DNA from: Escherichia coli
GTDB lineage: Bacteria > Pseudomonadota > Gammaproteobacteria > Enterobacterales > Enterobacteriaceae
DNA length: 64,000 nt
Direction: 5' to 3' (one strand)
Assembly: GCF_044324875.1 (NCBI RefSeq)
Contig: NZ_CP172185.1
This document shows, piece by piece, positions 24,634 through 39,042 of this stretch (its first letter is position 1; each line of letters starts with the position of its first letter). The notes under the pieces are model-generated. The model was not told the DNA's origin. It saw only the letters and a program-made list of their open reading frames with translations, and ran no database searches. A program made the translations under genes and the position numbers.

Positions 24634-25505
24634 ATGACCATCTATACGTTATCTCACGGGCCGCTAGAGCTGGACGTTTCTGACCGGGGCGGTGTCATCG
24701 AAGGCTTCTGGCGTGACGCGACGCCGCTCTTACGTCCCGGTAAAAAAAGCGGTGTGGCAACCGATGCCTCTTGTTTTCCGCTGGTGCCGTTTGCAAACCG
24801 GGTGAGCGGCAATCGTTTTGTCTGGCAGGGGCGTGAGTATCAACTGCAACCGAATGTTGAGTGGGATGCGCACTATCTGCACGGCGACGGCTGGCTGGGG
24901 CAGTGGCAATGTGTCTCGCGCAGCGAAGATAGCTTGTGTCTGGTGTATGAACATCGCAGCGGTGTTTATCACTATCGGGTAAGTCAGGCGTTTCATTTAA
25001 CGGCAGATACGCTGACGGTGACGCTCTCTGTCACCAATCAAGGGACAGAGACGCTGCCATTTGGTACCGGCTGGCATCCTTATTTTCCGTTGTCACCACA
25101 AACGCGGATTCAGGCGCAGGCGAGCGGTTACTGGCTGGAGCGGGAGCAGTGGCTGGCGGGTGAGTTTTCGAGCAGCTACCGCAGGAGCTGGATTTCAACC
25201 AGCTCGCGCCGTTGCCGCACCAGTGGGTGAACAATGGCTTTGCCGGATGGAATGGTCAGGCCCGCATCGAGCAGCCGCAGGAGGGTTATGCCATCATCAT
25301 GGAAACGACGCCACCTGCACCATGTTATTTCATCTTTGTTTCCGACCCGGCGTTTGATAAAGGATATGCGTTTGATTTCTTCTGTCTGGAACCGATGAGC
25401 CATGCGCCGGATGACCATCATCGCCCGGAAGGGGGTGATCTCATTGCGCTTGCACCAGGGGAATCAACAACTTCAGAGATGTCGTTGCGGGTTGCGTTAC
25501 TGTAA
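24634..25505 (+). pseudogene. yphB: aldose 1-epimerase-family (mutarotase-like) gene interrupted by a 1-nt frameshift
   Basis: N-terminal frame 24634-25230 and C-terminal frame 25164-25505 overlap; total span 872 nt (3n-1); the frame change maps to GAGTTTTCGAG at about 25162-25170. Confidence 0.7.
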
Positions 25506-25531
25506 TTTATAAAATGCCGGATAAGGCGTTC

Positions 25532-26433
<902 letters not shown>

Positions 26434-26987
26434 TTTTTTTCCAGGAGATGCTCCTGCATGGCTTTCAGATATGCATTTTCTGCGCGAAGATAACGCAGCT
26501 CATTCTTCATCTCTTCCGGCGTCATGTTTGCCTCGTTTTCATGGGTATCATCAGAACGGGTCATGCTTTTCTCCTTCCAGCGCCTGATAAAGGCCTCATT
26601 ACCAGATTTGCGGTAGCCTTTTATCCAGTTTTTAACCGTGTTGTGGCTGGGAATGTTAAACCGGGCAGCTACCCGGGGTAGAGACTCAGAATGCCCGAGA
26701 GCATAAAGAACCACGCAAAGTTTATCTTCAGGAGAATAGCTACGCTTGTGTCTGCAATCCAGTGCCCGAGGACCGTGAAGAAGAAAAAGATTAATCCAGT
26801 GTGAGAGGCTGGTGTGAGAAAGTTGAAAGAGTTTTGCCGTAGAAATGATGCCTGCATGACCGGCCAGGTAATGATTTACAGCGGCAAGTTTTACTTCAAA
26901 TGAATGTTTCATAAACTGCACCTTCAGATGTCAGATTATGTCCAACATTTGGGGTGCAGTTCATTCACGCCGCATCCGGCATCTTTC

Positions 26988-27410
26988 CTAACGCCGATCG
27001 AGAGAAATTGCCCCCGGCCCGGTAATTGCCAACAGCAGGAATGCGCCAGCGATACTGACATTCTTCCAGAAATTAATCATATTTGGCCCAACCGCATCGC
27101 CGGTCATATCCCAGTAATGGTGACCAATTACCGCTGTACCCAGCGTGTAGAAAATAAACAGCACCGCCAGCGGACGGGTGAAAAAGCCAAGCACGATTAA
27201 TATCGCGGCGGGCACTTCCATAACTACCGCAATAATCGCTGCCAGCATCGGCATTGGCGCGCCCAGCGAGGCCATATATTGGACCGTACCGTCAAAGCCC
27301 ATCATTTTGGGAAAACCAAAAATAATGAAAATTAAGACCACGGCGATACGGGCAATTAATAACAAAACGGGGCGTGCAGCACCAAAATCAAAATAACGTA
27401 GTGTGTTCAT
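26988..27410 (-). CDS. yphA: DoxX-family inner membrane protein
   Basis: 140-aa hydrophobic ORF from [10 protein letters not shown]...; the six-frame ORF extends upstream to 27482. Confidence 0.8.
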
Positions 27411-27506
27411 AACCAATCCCTTTGCAAGATAATGTGATTTAAACGTAATACACACTCTTGCACCTCGCCACGCCCCAGGCATTGAGATATTCGCTAATTA
27501 TCCTGG

Positions 27507-28718
<1,212 letters not shown>

Positions 28719-29531
28719 TTAAAGATCCAGCCCAGCCGCTACGTGGCGAATGCCGCGAATCGCTAAACCCGCATCAGCGTTGATCATCACACCGCTTAAT
28801 GCGCGATTATTGCGCCGCGATGCCAACATCACATACGGACCCGTAAAATCCGCCGGTTGCGGGAAAAATTGCAGCGGTAAAATGGCGGCAATTTTCTCCG
28901 GCGTCAGAGACTGCATTATCGAGGTTTCACTTTGCCCGAGCGCCTGTGGGCCGCGCAGGTCGCTGGCCATACCACACGGGCCGACGCCATTCACCCGCAC
29001 TTTCGGTGCCAGTTCATAAGCCAGTTGGCGAATAAGTCCGGTTGCGGCATGTTTACTGGCGGTGTACAGCGGGCCACCGCCGCCGGGATACCAGGCGGCA
29101 TTTGACAGTGTGAAAATCATGCTGCCTTCACTGGCGATTAACGCCGGAGCGCAGGCTTTTGCGCCCAGCAGGTAACCGAGTACGTTGACGTTAAACAGCT
29201 CGTGGAAGCCAGTTTCGAGCGTCTCTGCGGGAGTATTAACCAGTGAGGCATTGTGATCCCAGATGCCCGCATTGCCGATAAAACAATCCAGCTTGCCAGA
29301 ACGAGTCAGGATCTGATCGACCGCGCGTTGATAATCGGCATAGCAGGTCACGTTACCTTCCACCGCCAGAATATGTTCGCCAAATCGCTGACGCAGACTG
29401 GCGACTTTTGCCGCCGACAGTTCCAGCGTGGCAACCTGCGCGCCTTCTTCGATAAATCGCTCGACCAGCGCCAGGCCTAATCCCGATCCGCCGCCGGTAA
29501 TAAAGATGGACTCGTTATGCAGATCGCTCAT
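28719..29531 (-). CDS. hcaB: 2,3-dihydroxy-2,3-dihydrophenylpropionate dehydrogenase (SDR family)
   Basis: 270-aa short-chain dehydrogenase with TGGGSGLG cofactor motif and YTASK catalytic motif. Confidence 0.9.
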
Positions 29532-29847
29532 GGCTGCGCCTCCGGTAAGTCGATGAAGATGTCACCACCTTCAACGTGTACTGGATAAGTGGTTAGCGGA
29601 TCGGTGGCGGGCAGGCATAACGCTTTCCCCGTTTTCAGGCAAAAACTGGCGGCGTGCAGCGGGCACTCCACCGTGGCGTCATCTTCCAGATACCCTTCTG
29701 ACATCGACGCATTACCATGGCTGCAACGATCGTTAATGGCATAAAACTCGCCGCCTACGTTGAACAGGGCGATGACGGGCGAGGTATCGATCCGGAGAGC
29801 CTCACCCTCCGGCACATCCGCAACGGGACACGCATAAATTCGATTCA

Positions 29848-29848
<1 letters not shown>
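29528..29848 (-). CDS. hcaC: Rieske [2Fe-2S] ferredoxin component of 3-phenylpropionate dioxygenase
   Basis: 106-aa ORF with Rieske motifs CSHG...CPLH; 4-nt overlap with hcaB. Confidence 0.9.
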
Positions 29849-31760
<1,912 letters not shown>

Positions 31761-31859
31761 CTATTTTTGTGCCATAAGGATGTTGCTGGTTGGTTGCTAA
31801 TATGTGAAATAGTTAATTTCTACCAGCTGAGACGTTTTTTCGATAACAAGGGGAAGGTG

Positions 31860-32750
31860 ATGGAACTACGGCATTTACGCTATTTCGTCGCAGTGGCGCA
31901 GGCACTGAACTTTACCCGTGCGGCGGAAAAACTGCATACCTCACAGCCTTCGTTAAGCAGCCAGATCCGCGATCTTGAAAACTGTATCGGTGTTCCGTTG
32001 CTGGTGAGGGATAAGCGCAAAGTCGCGTTGACGGCGGCGGGAGAATGTTTTCTCCAGGACGCGCTGGCAATCCTCGAACAAGCGGAAAATGCCAAATTAC
32101 GGGCGCGGAAAATTGTTCAGGAAGACAGACAATTAACCATTGGCTTTGTGCCATCGGCGGAAGTGAATTTACTGCCAAAAGTATTACCGATGTTTCGTCT
32201 CAGACAGCCAGACACCTTAATTGAGCTGGTGAGTTTAATCACCACGGAACAGGAAGAAAAAATTCGCCGTGGTGAACTCGACGTCGGCTTAATGCGCCAT
32301 CCTGTTTATAGCCCGGAGATTGATTATCTGGAGCTTTTTGACGAACCATTAGTGGTGGTGTTACCGGTTGATCACCCTTTAGCACATGAAAAAGAGATCA
32401 CCGCCGCGCAACTGGATGGCGTGAATTTCGTCAGTACCGATCCGGCGTATTCCGGTTCGCTTGCGCCGATCGTTAAAGCGTGGTTTGCACAAGAAAACAG
32501 CCAGCCAAATATCGTCCAGGTGGCAACGAATATTCTGGTGACCATGAATCTGGTGGGCATGGGGCTGGGCGTCACTTTGATACCCGGTTATATGAATAAT
32601 TTTAATACCGGGCAGGTTGTTTTTCGTCCCATTGCCGGAAATGTGCCTTCCATTGCTTTACTGATGGCGTGGAAGAAAGGGGAGATGAAGCCGGCATTAC
32701 GCGATTTCATCGCCATTGTGCAGGAACGTTTGGCAAGCGTAACGGCATAA
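31860..32750 (+). CDS. hcaR: LysR-family activator of the hca operon
   Basis: N-terminal LysR HTH MELRHLRYFVAVAQALNFTRAAEKLHTSQPSLSSQIRDLE; divergent from hcaE; internal ATG start (296 aa). Confidence 0.9.
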   Translation: MELRHLRYFVAVAQALNFTRAAEKLHTSQPSLSSQIRDLENCIGVPLLVRDKRKVALTAAGECFLQDALAILEQAENAKLRARKIVQEDRQLTIGFVPSAEVNLLPKVLPMFRLRQPDTLIELVSLITTEQEEKIRRGELDVGLMRHPVYSPEIDYLELFDEPLVVVLPVDHPLAHEKEITAAQLDGVNFVSTDPAYSGSLAPIVKAWFAQENSQPNIVQVATNILVTMNLVGMGLGVTLIPGYMNNFNTGQVVFRPIAGNVPSIALLMAWKKGEMKPALRDFIAIVQERLASVTA

Positions 32751-32909
32751 TTACGCATTATCTTTGCAACATGCGTCACGGATCGCAGTTTTTGAGTGCT
32801 TGTGAACTGGCGTTACAGACATCGGGAAGCAGGCTCGAATATTCTTATTTTTCAACTTGCACCAACATTCGATTAACCCCAGACTAACGCCTCCTGACGG
32901 GAGGGACTC

Positions 32910-34049
32910 ATGGTTTTGCAATCCACGCGCTGGTTGGCGCTCGGCTATTTCACATACTTTTTTAGTTACGGCATTTTTCTACCTTTCTGGAGCGTTTGGC
33001 TTAAGGGGATTGGTTTAACGCCAGAAACCATCGGCCTGTTATTGGGGGCAGGTCTGGTTGCCCGTTTTCTCGGGAGCTTGCTCATCGCGCCCCGCGTCAG
33101 CGATCCTTCTCGCCTGATTTCCGCCTTGCGCGTGCTGGCACTGCTGACACTTCTCTTTGCTGTCGCCTTCTGGGCGGGGGCGCACGTAGCGTGGCTGATG
33201 CTGGTGATGATTGGCTTTAACCTCTTTTTCTCACCGCTGGTACCGTTGACCGATGCACTGGCGAATACGTGGCAAAAGCAGTTCCCGCTTGATTACGGCA
33301 AAGTGCGATTGTGGGGCTCGGTAGCGTTTGTCATTGGCTCGGCGCTGACGGGCAAACTGGTCAGTATGTTTGATTATCGGGTGATCCTCGCGCTGTTGAC
33401 GTTGGGCGTGGCATCCATGCTGCTCGGCTTTCTCATCCGTCCGACGATTCAGCCACAAGGGGCAAGCCGCCAGCAGGAGAGCACCGGTTGGTCTGCGTGG
33501 TTGGCGCTGGTTCGCCAGAACTGGCGCTTTCTGGCCTGCGTTTGTTTATTGCAGGGGGCGCATGCGGCCTATTACGGTTTTAGCGCCATTTACTGGCAGG
33601 CTGCTGGCTACTCGGCCTCGGCGGTGGGCTATTTGTGGTCGCTGGGCGTGGTGGCGGAAGTCATTATCTTTGCGCTGAGTAATAAACTTTTCCGCCGTTG
33701 TAGTGCACGCGATATGCTGTTGATCTCAGCGATTTGCGGCGTAGTGCGCTGGGGCATTATGGGAGCAACTACGGCGTTGCCGTGGTTGATAGTGGTGCAA
33801 ATTCTGCATTGTGGCACCTTCACGGTCTGCCACCTGGCCGCCATGCGCTATATTGCCGCTCGCCAGGGTAGCGAAGTCATCCGTTTACAGGCGGTTTACT
33901 CTGCCGTCGCGATGGGCGGCAGTATCGCGATCATGACCGTTTTCGCCGGTTTCCTGTATCAATATCTGGGGCACGGCGTGTTCTGGGTGATGGCGCTGGT
34001 GGCGCTTCCGGCAATGTTTTTGCGCCCGAAAGTTGTTCCCTCATGTTGA
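32910..34049 (+). CDS. hcaT: MFS transporter (probable 3-phenylpropionate uptake)
   Basis: 379-aa, 12-TM-like hydrophobic protein; synteny after hcaR. Confidence 0.85.
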   Translation: MVLQSTRWLALGYFTYFFSYGIFLPFWSVWLKGIGLTPETIGLLLGAGLVARFLGSLLIAPRVSDPSRLISALRVLALLTLLFAVAFWAGAHVAWLMLVMIGFNLFFSPLVPLTDALANTWQKQFPLDYGKVRLWGSVAFVIGSALTGKLVSMFDYRVILALLTLGVASMLLGFLIRPTIQPQGASRQQESTGWSAWLALVRQNWRFLACVCLLQGAHAAYYGFSAIYWQAAGYSASAVGYLWSLGVVAEVIIFALSNKLFRRCSARDMLLISAICGVVRWGIMGATTALPWLIVVQILHCGTFTVCHLAAMRYIAARQGSEVIRLQAVYSAVAMGGSIAIMTVFAGFLYQYLGHGVFWVMALVALPAMFLRPKVVPSC

Positions 34050-35321
34050 TTCGAGCATTTTGCGGATCTGCTCCTGTTGATGTGTTGTCAGCGTCAGGTC
34101 CGTATAGATCAGCGGTGGTGAAAAGAGCGGTAATGGCATGGTATAAGGAGCAATAATCAGTGCCGCGCCGCGCGGAGCGCCTGTCTGCAAAAATACCTTT
34201 ACCGACATATGTTTAATGTTGAGCGGCAGTAACGTTAGTTCGCGTAGCTGCTGCTCAATCTGCGCTTCTCGCTCGCTATCATTCCCGGTCAGTAGAATAA
34301 TCTGTTTCTCATGCAGGTCGTTTTCCTGCATTAGCCAGGCACCAAAAATCACCGCGACCAGACCGCTTTCCTCATCAGAAAGATGGACGCCGTATTCACT
34401 TTCAAATCCGGCCAGCGCCGCGCGGGTGGTGCGCACCAGGCGTGGATACAGGCGGGCGAACTCTTCCGGCAGGGTGTTATCAATACCGATGGCAAACAAA
34501 CTGCGATTTAACGCCTGGGCGAGGTGGGTATAAAGCTGATCGCACAACCCCTGTTCATCATAAAAACGAACATTTCCCAGCTCACGAAAATGGTTTACCA
34601 GACGTTTGATAGACTTACGCAGTTGTCTGTCCCGCTGATGCGCATCCCGCAGTGGATCGGGAACCCGCAACATGGAAAAAAGTAATGCCATAAACAGTGG
34701 CTCATCAGGCGGTACAGGCTGGAGCGCCCGACGCTGCCAGTGGCGTCCAATTTCCTGCGCTACCTGAAATTCAAGGCAGGATTCCGCCCAGCGACGTTGG
34801 AGCGGATTAAACTGAGGCGTAATTCCAGCGTGGTGTTGCAGCAAACAATATTGCAGATACAGACACAGGAAATGAATATCGCGCGTTTCAAAGCGTTTTT
34901 GCAGCCGTCGGGAGCAGAGATTCACTAACGCTTGTAGATTGGTATCGTCGTAAAAGTTACGCGCAATTCCGCGTCGCTTCAGTTCACTCTTCTGGGCGGG
35001 GGTGAAATGGCTGGTAATAAATGACGGACACAGACGGAAACCACGTCGTAGCCAGTGAAATAAACACAAACGTTGGTTAAGCACTGTACCTTCAACCCGG
35101 TAGCTACCGTCATAACCAGTAGTCAGTGTGAGTTGATGATAGCGCAGGATCTCACGTCCTGTTTCGCTGATATCAAGACTGGCAATATCATCATCCACAC
35201 CATTAAGCTCGCTGAAAGTTGCCGTGGTGGCGGTCAACCCCGGCTGAAAGAGTGTCAGCAAGATCTGGCAGCGGCGCTGGGGAGCCGAAAGGACAGATGG
35301 TGGAGCAAGCGTAGGCATCAT
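34041..35321 (-). CDS. csiE: stationary-phase inducible protein CsiE
   Basis: 426-aa ORF from MMPTLAPPSVLSAPQRR...; 3' end overlaps the hcaT 3' end by 9 nt. Confidence 0.85.
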   Translation of the reverse strand: MMPTLAPPSVLSAPQRRCQILLTLFQPGLTATTATFSELNGVDDDIASLDISETGREILRYHQLTLTTGYDGSYRVEGTVLNQRLCLFHWLRRGFRLCPSFITSHFTPAQKSELKRRGIARNFYDDTNLQALVNLCSRRLQKRFETRDIHFLCLYLQYCLLQHHAGITPQFNPLQRRWAESCLEFQVAQEIGRHWQRRALQPVPPDEPLFMALLFSMLRVPDPLRDAHQRDRQLRKSIKRLVNHFRELGNVRFYDEQGLCDQLYTHLAQALNRSLFAIGIDNTLPEEFARLYPRLVRTTRAALAGFESEYGVHLSDEESGLVAVIFGAWLMQENDLHEKQIILLTGNDSEREAQIEQQLRELTLLPLNIKHMSVKVFLQTGAPRGAALIIAPYTMPLPLFSPPLIYTDLTLTTHQQEQIRKMLEST

Positions 35322-35511
35322 CTGTAGATCTCCCATAAGCATAATTGATAAGAATAGCTAAAGTTTGCTCAGGGAAATGGCGAAGGGAATGCTAATCATC
35401 AGAAATGTTGGCAAGCGTCACAGAATTTTTCTCATCTTAAACTGTTCTGACCAGTGGATTAGCATGTCTTAAGGTGGTTTTGTGAATGATTATCGTGCTA
35501 GCGATCATGGG

Positions 35512-36366
35512 TTAGTTCTGCGGATTCAACGCGCTAAGGATAAAATCCACCATCTGTTCGCGATAAACATCGCCGTGACGATCGGAAAAAGCATCAATGT
35601 GTTCGCCATCCGGGATTAGGATCAACCGTTTTGGCTCTTTTGCCAGGCTATACAACTTTTCGCTGTGCTGCCATGGGATAACGTGATCAGCTTTACCGTG
35701 AATGAGTAAAAGCGGGATCGGGCTGACGCTGGCGATGTAATTTTCGCCGCTGTAACTCTCATCAAGTAAGTAGCCACTGCCGGGAATCATCTGGTTGGCG
35801 ATGGTCGCATAAGAGGCAAATGTGGAGTCGAGGATCACCGCACGTATGTCTTCACGATCACCCTGACCAATAACATCAAGAATATTCGCCCCGCCAATAC
35901 TCTGCCCGAACAGCACCAGCCGTTGTGGGTTTACATCACTGCGATGGCGCACCACATTGATGGCGCTTTGCGTATCGTCTAATAACCCTGCCTGAGAAGG
36001 TTTTCCTTTTGATTTACCGAATCCACGATAATCAAACATAAAAACATTGAAATTACGCTCGGGTAACCAACTGACCAGCGGCCAGTGGGCGGACATATTT
36101 CCGGCATTGCCGTGAGCATGAATAATGGTAGCAATGGCGTTATCAGCAGGGCCCGTCGAAGAAGGGATAAACCAGCCTTGCAGATGAGTACCGTCCTTAG
36201 CCGTAAATTCGACGGATTCCGCCGACCAGGGTTCGGGACCGTAGATTTTGTCGTCAGGGTAATAGAAAAAATTGATGGCGATGCGCGGTATTAAATAAAT
36301 GCAGAAGGCAACAACAAAGAGAATAAACAGAATTTTGAGAACGCGTTTGTTCACTGGCAGCGCCAT
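35512..36366 (-). CDS. yfhR: alpha/beta-hydrolase family protein (putative peptidase/esterase), membrane anchored
   Basis: N-terminal TM helix, HGNAGN oxyanion-hole motif and GQSIGG nucleophile elbow; start at the internal Met (284 aa), the six-frame ORF extends to 36393. Confidence 0.8.
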   Translation of the reverse strand: MALPVNKRVLKILFILFVVAFCIYLIPRIAINFFYYPDDKIYGPEPWSAESVEFTAKDGTHLQGWFIPSSTGPADNAIATIIHAHGNAGNMSAHWPLVSWLPERNFNVFMFDYRGFGKSKGKPSQAGLLDDTQSAINVVRHRSDVNPQRLVLFGQSIGGANILDVIGQGDREDIRAVILDSTFASYATIANQMIPGSGYLLDESYSGENYIASVSPIPLLLIHGKADHVIPWQHSEKLYSLAKEPKRLILIPDGEHIDAFSDRHGDVYREQMVDFILSALNPQN

Positions 36367-36510
36367 AACCTTTCCTTGCGACTTCTTTATCATCCATTAA
36401 TCGGGGAAAGATGGTGGGAGAGTGGCGAAAGAAAGTAAAGCGGTGAGGAAGTATTTCGGAATAGCGCCTGAAAGGCGAGGGCGGGTGAGTGACATCACCC
36501 GCCAGAGTCA

Positions 36511-37314
36511 TTAACGCTTCAGGGCGTCGCTTAACTCGTCACGCATGTTCGCCAGCATGGCTTTAACAACGCGCGGGTTACCAGCAACGATGTTACCGGT
36601 CAGCATGTAGTTATGACCACCGGTGAAGTCGCTGACGATGCCGCCCGCTTCACGAACCAGCAGCTCGCCTGCCGCGAAATCCCACGGACGCAGACCGATT
36701 TCAAAGAAACCGTCAACGCGACCCGCAGCAACGTAAGCCAGATCCAGCGCCGCAGAACCGGTACGACGGAAGTCTGCACATTCGTTGAACAGTTTGCCGA
36801 CGATGTTGATGTAGGTGGTGGCGTACTGTTTTGCTTTGAACGGGAAGCCGGTCGCCAGAATAGTACCGTCGAGATCGCGAGCGGTGCTGCCGCGCAGACG
36901 GTAGCCGTTCAGCTGTGCGCCCTGACCGCGAGTGGCGGTGAACAGTTCGTTACGCATAGGATCGTAAACCACAGCAACTTCAGTGCGGCCTTTGATACGA
37001 ACGGCGATAGATACCGCGAAGTGCGGCAGACGTTTGATAAAGTTGGTCGTGCCATCCAGTGGATCGATAACCCATTGAACATCCTGATCAGTACCTTCAA
37101 GTTCACCGCTTTCTTCGGTGATGATGGTGTGCTGTGGGTAAGATTTACGAATCGTGTCGATAATCACCGCTTCGGCAGCTTTATCTACGTTGGTCACGAA
37201 GTCGTTACTGCCTTTCTGGCTCGCTTCTACAGCGTCCGGGGTTTCATAGTTTTTGGCAATTAAATTACCCGCCTTGCGCGCTGCGCGCACGGCGATGTTC
37301 AGCATCGGATGCAT
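36511..37314 (-). CDS. suhB: inositol monophosphatase
   Basis: 267-aa ORF with IMPase motifs DPLDGT and WDFAAG. Confidence 0.95.
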   Translation of the reverse strand: MHPMLNIAVRAARKAGNLIAKNYETPDAVEASQKGSNDFVTNVDKAAEAVIIDTIRKSYPQHTIITEESGELEGTDQDVQWVIDPLDGTTNFIKRLPHFAVSIAVRIKGRTEVAVVYDPMRNELFTATRGQGAQLNGYRLRGSTARDLDGTILATGFPFKAKQYATTYINIVGKLFNECADFRRTGSAALDLAYVAAGRVDGFFEIGLRPWDFAAGELLVREAGGIVSDFTGGHNYMLTGNIVAGNPRVVKAMLANMRDELSDALKR

Positions 37315-37432
37315 CGGTCTCTCTCACTGGATGTTAAAGAACGGGAAAACGGCGCAGAGTATAGCAGCGAGATCGGCATCTGTCTTCGTTTTATGATAAG
37401 ATGCGCGAATAATCTTTAGACGAAGAAAGACA

Positions 37433-38173
37433 ATGCTGCAAAATATTCGAATTGTGCTGGTGGAGACGTCACACACCGGCAATATGGGTTCTGTTGCCCG
37501 TGCCATGAAAACAATGGGATTAACCAATCTGTGGCTGGTTAATCCACTGGTGAAACCTGACTCCCAGGCGATTGCCCTGGCTGCAGGGGCCAGCGATGTG
37601 ATTGGTAATGCTCATATCGTCGATACGCTCGACGAAGCGTTAGCCGGTTGTAGCCTGGTGGTGGGCACCAGCGCACGCTCCCGCACGCTGCCGTGGCCGA
37701 TGCTCGACCCGCGCGAATGCGGTCTGAAAAGCGTCGCTGAAGCGGCAAATACCCCGGTGGCGCTGGTTTTTGGTCGCGAGCGCGTCGGCTTGACCAATGA
37801 AGAGTTGCAGAAATGCCATTATCATGTCGCGATTGCCGCTAACCCGGAATACAGTTCGCTGAACCTGGCGATGGCGGTTCAGGTTATTGCCTATGAAGTG
37901 CGCATGGCCTGGCTGGCAACTCAGGAAAATGGCGAACAAGTCGAGCATGAAGAGACGCCGTATCCGCTGGTCGATGATCTGGAGCGTTTTTATGGTCATC
38001 TGGAACAAACGCTGCTGGCAACCGGTTTTATTCGTGAAAACCATCCGGGGCAGGTGATGAATAAATTGCGCCGTCTGTTTACCCGTGCGCGCCCGGAAAG
38101 CCAGGAATTGAATATCCTGCGCGGCATTCTGGCTTCTATAGAGCAGCAGAATAAAGGTAATAAGGCCGAATAA
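37433..38173 (+). CDS. trmJ: tRNA (cytidine/uridine-2'-O)-methyltransferase (SpoU/TrmH family)
   Basis: 246-aa [32 protein letters not shown]...; SPOUT fold. Confidence 0.9.
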
Positions 38174-38182
38174 CAGTGGTTG

Positions 38183-38268
<86 letters not shown>

Positions 38269-38442
38269 AGGTACAAACGCCACGATAAAAAAATGGCACT
38301 GAAGGTTAAATACCCGACTAAATCAGTCAAGTAAATAGTTGACCAATTTACTCGGGAATGTCAGACTTGACCCTGCTATGCAATACCCCCACTTTTACAA
38401 TAAAAAACCCCGGGCAGGGGCGAGTTTGAGGTGAAGTAAGAC

Positions 38443-38931
38443 ATGAGACTGACATCTAAAGGGCGCTATGCCGTGACCGCAATGCTTGACGTTGCGCTCA
38501 ACTCTGAAGCGGGCCCGGTACCGTTGGCTGATATTTCCGAACGTCAGGGAATTTCCCTTTCTTATCTGGAACAACTGTTTTCCCGTCTGCGTAAAAATGG
38601 TCTGGTTTCCAGCGTACGTGGACCAGGCGGTGGTTATCTGTTAGGCAAAGATGCCAGCAGCATCGCCGTTGGCGAAGTGATTAGCGCCGTTGACGAATCT
38701 GTAGATGCCACCCGTTGTCAGGGTAAAGGCGGCTGCCAGGGCGGCGATAAATGCCTGACCCACGCGCTGTGGCGTGATTTGAGCGACCGTCTCACCGGTT
38801 TTCTCAACAACATTACTTTAGGCGAACTGGTTAATAACCAGGAAGTGCTGGATGTGTCTGGTCGTCAGCATGCTCACGACGCGCCACGCACCCGCACACA
38901 AGACGCGATCGACGTTAAGTTACGCGCTTAA
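38443..38931 (+). CDS. iscR: Fe-S cluster assembly transcriptional regulator IscR
   Basis: 162-aa Rrf2-family protein [19 protein letters not shown]...; cluster-ligand cysteines C92/C98/C104. Confidence 0.97.
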   Translation: MRLTSKGRYAVTAMLDVALNSEAGPVPLADISERQGISLSYLEQLFSRLRKNGLVSSVRGPGGGYLLGKDASSIAVGEVISAVDESVDATRCQGKGGCQGGDKCLTHALWRDLSDRLTGFLNNITLGELVNNQEVLDVSGRQHAHDAPRTRTQDAIDVKLRA

Positions 38932-38950
38932 TAAAAAGTATTCAGAATCA

Positions 38951-39027
38951 GGCCGGAGTGTTTAACACTCCGTAAACACGGTCGTACATCCAGCCGGTAG
39001 CCTGGTTCCTTGCATTGAGTGATGTAC
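38951..39027 (+). promoter_or_regulatory. structured iscR-iscS intergenic region (stem-loops preceding the iscS ribosome-binding site)
   Basis: Hairpins CGGAGTG-ttta-ACACTCCG and GTACATC...GATGTAC; established site of RyhB-dependent differential stability of the isc mRNA (coordinates approximate). Confidence 0.45.
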
Positions 39028-39042
39028 GGAGTTTATAGAGCA

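Noticed and set aside
35322-35511. Possible CRP site (TGTGAatgattATCGTg near 35478-35494) in the csiE upstream region
   Set aside because: Only one half-site matches TGTGA-N6-TCACA well; too weak to call without a position-weight-matrix score.
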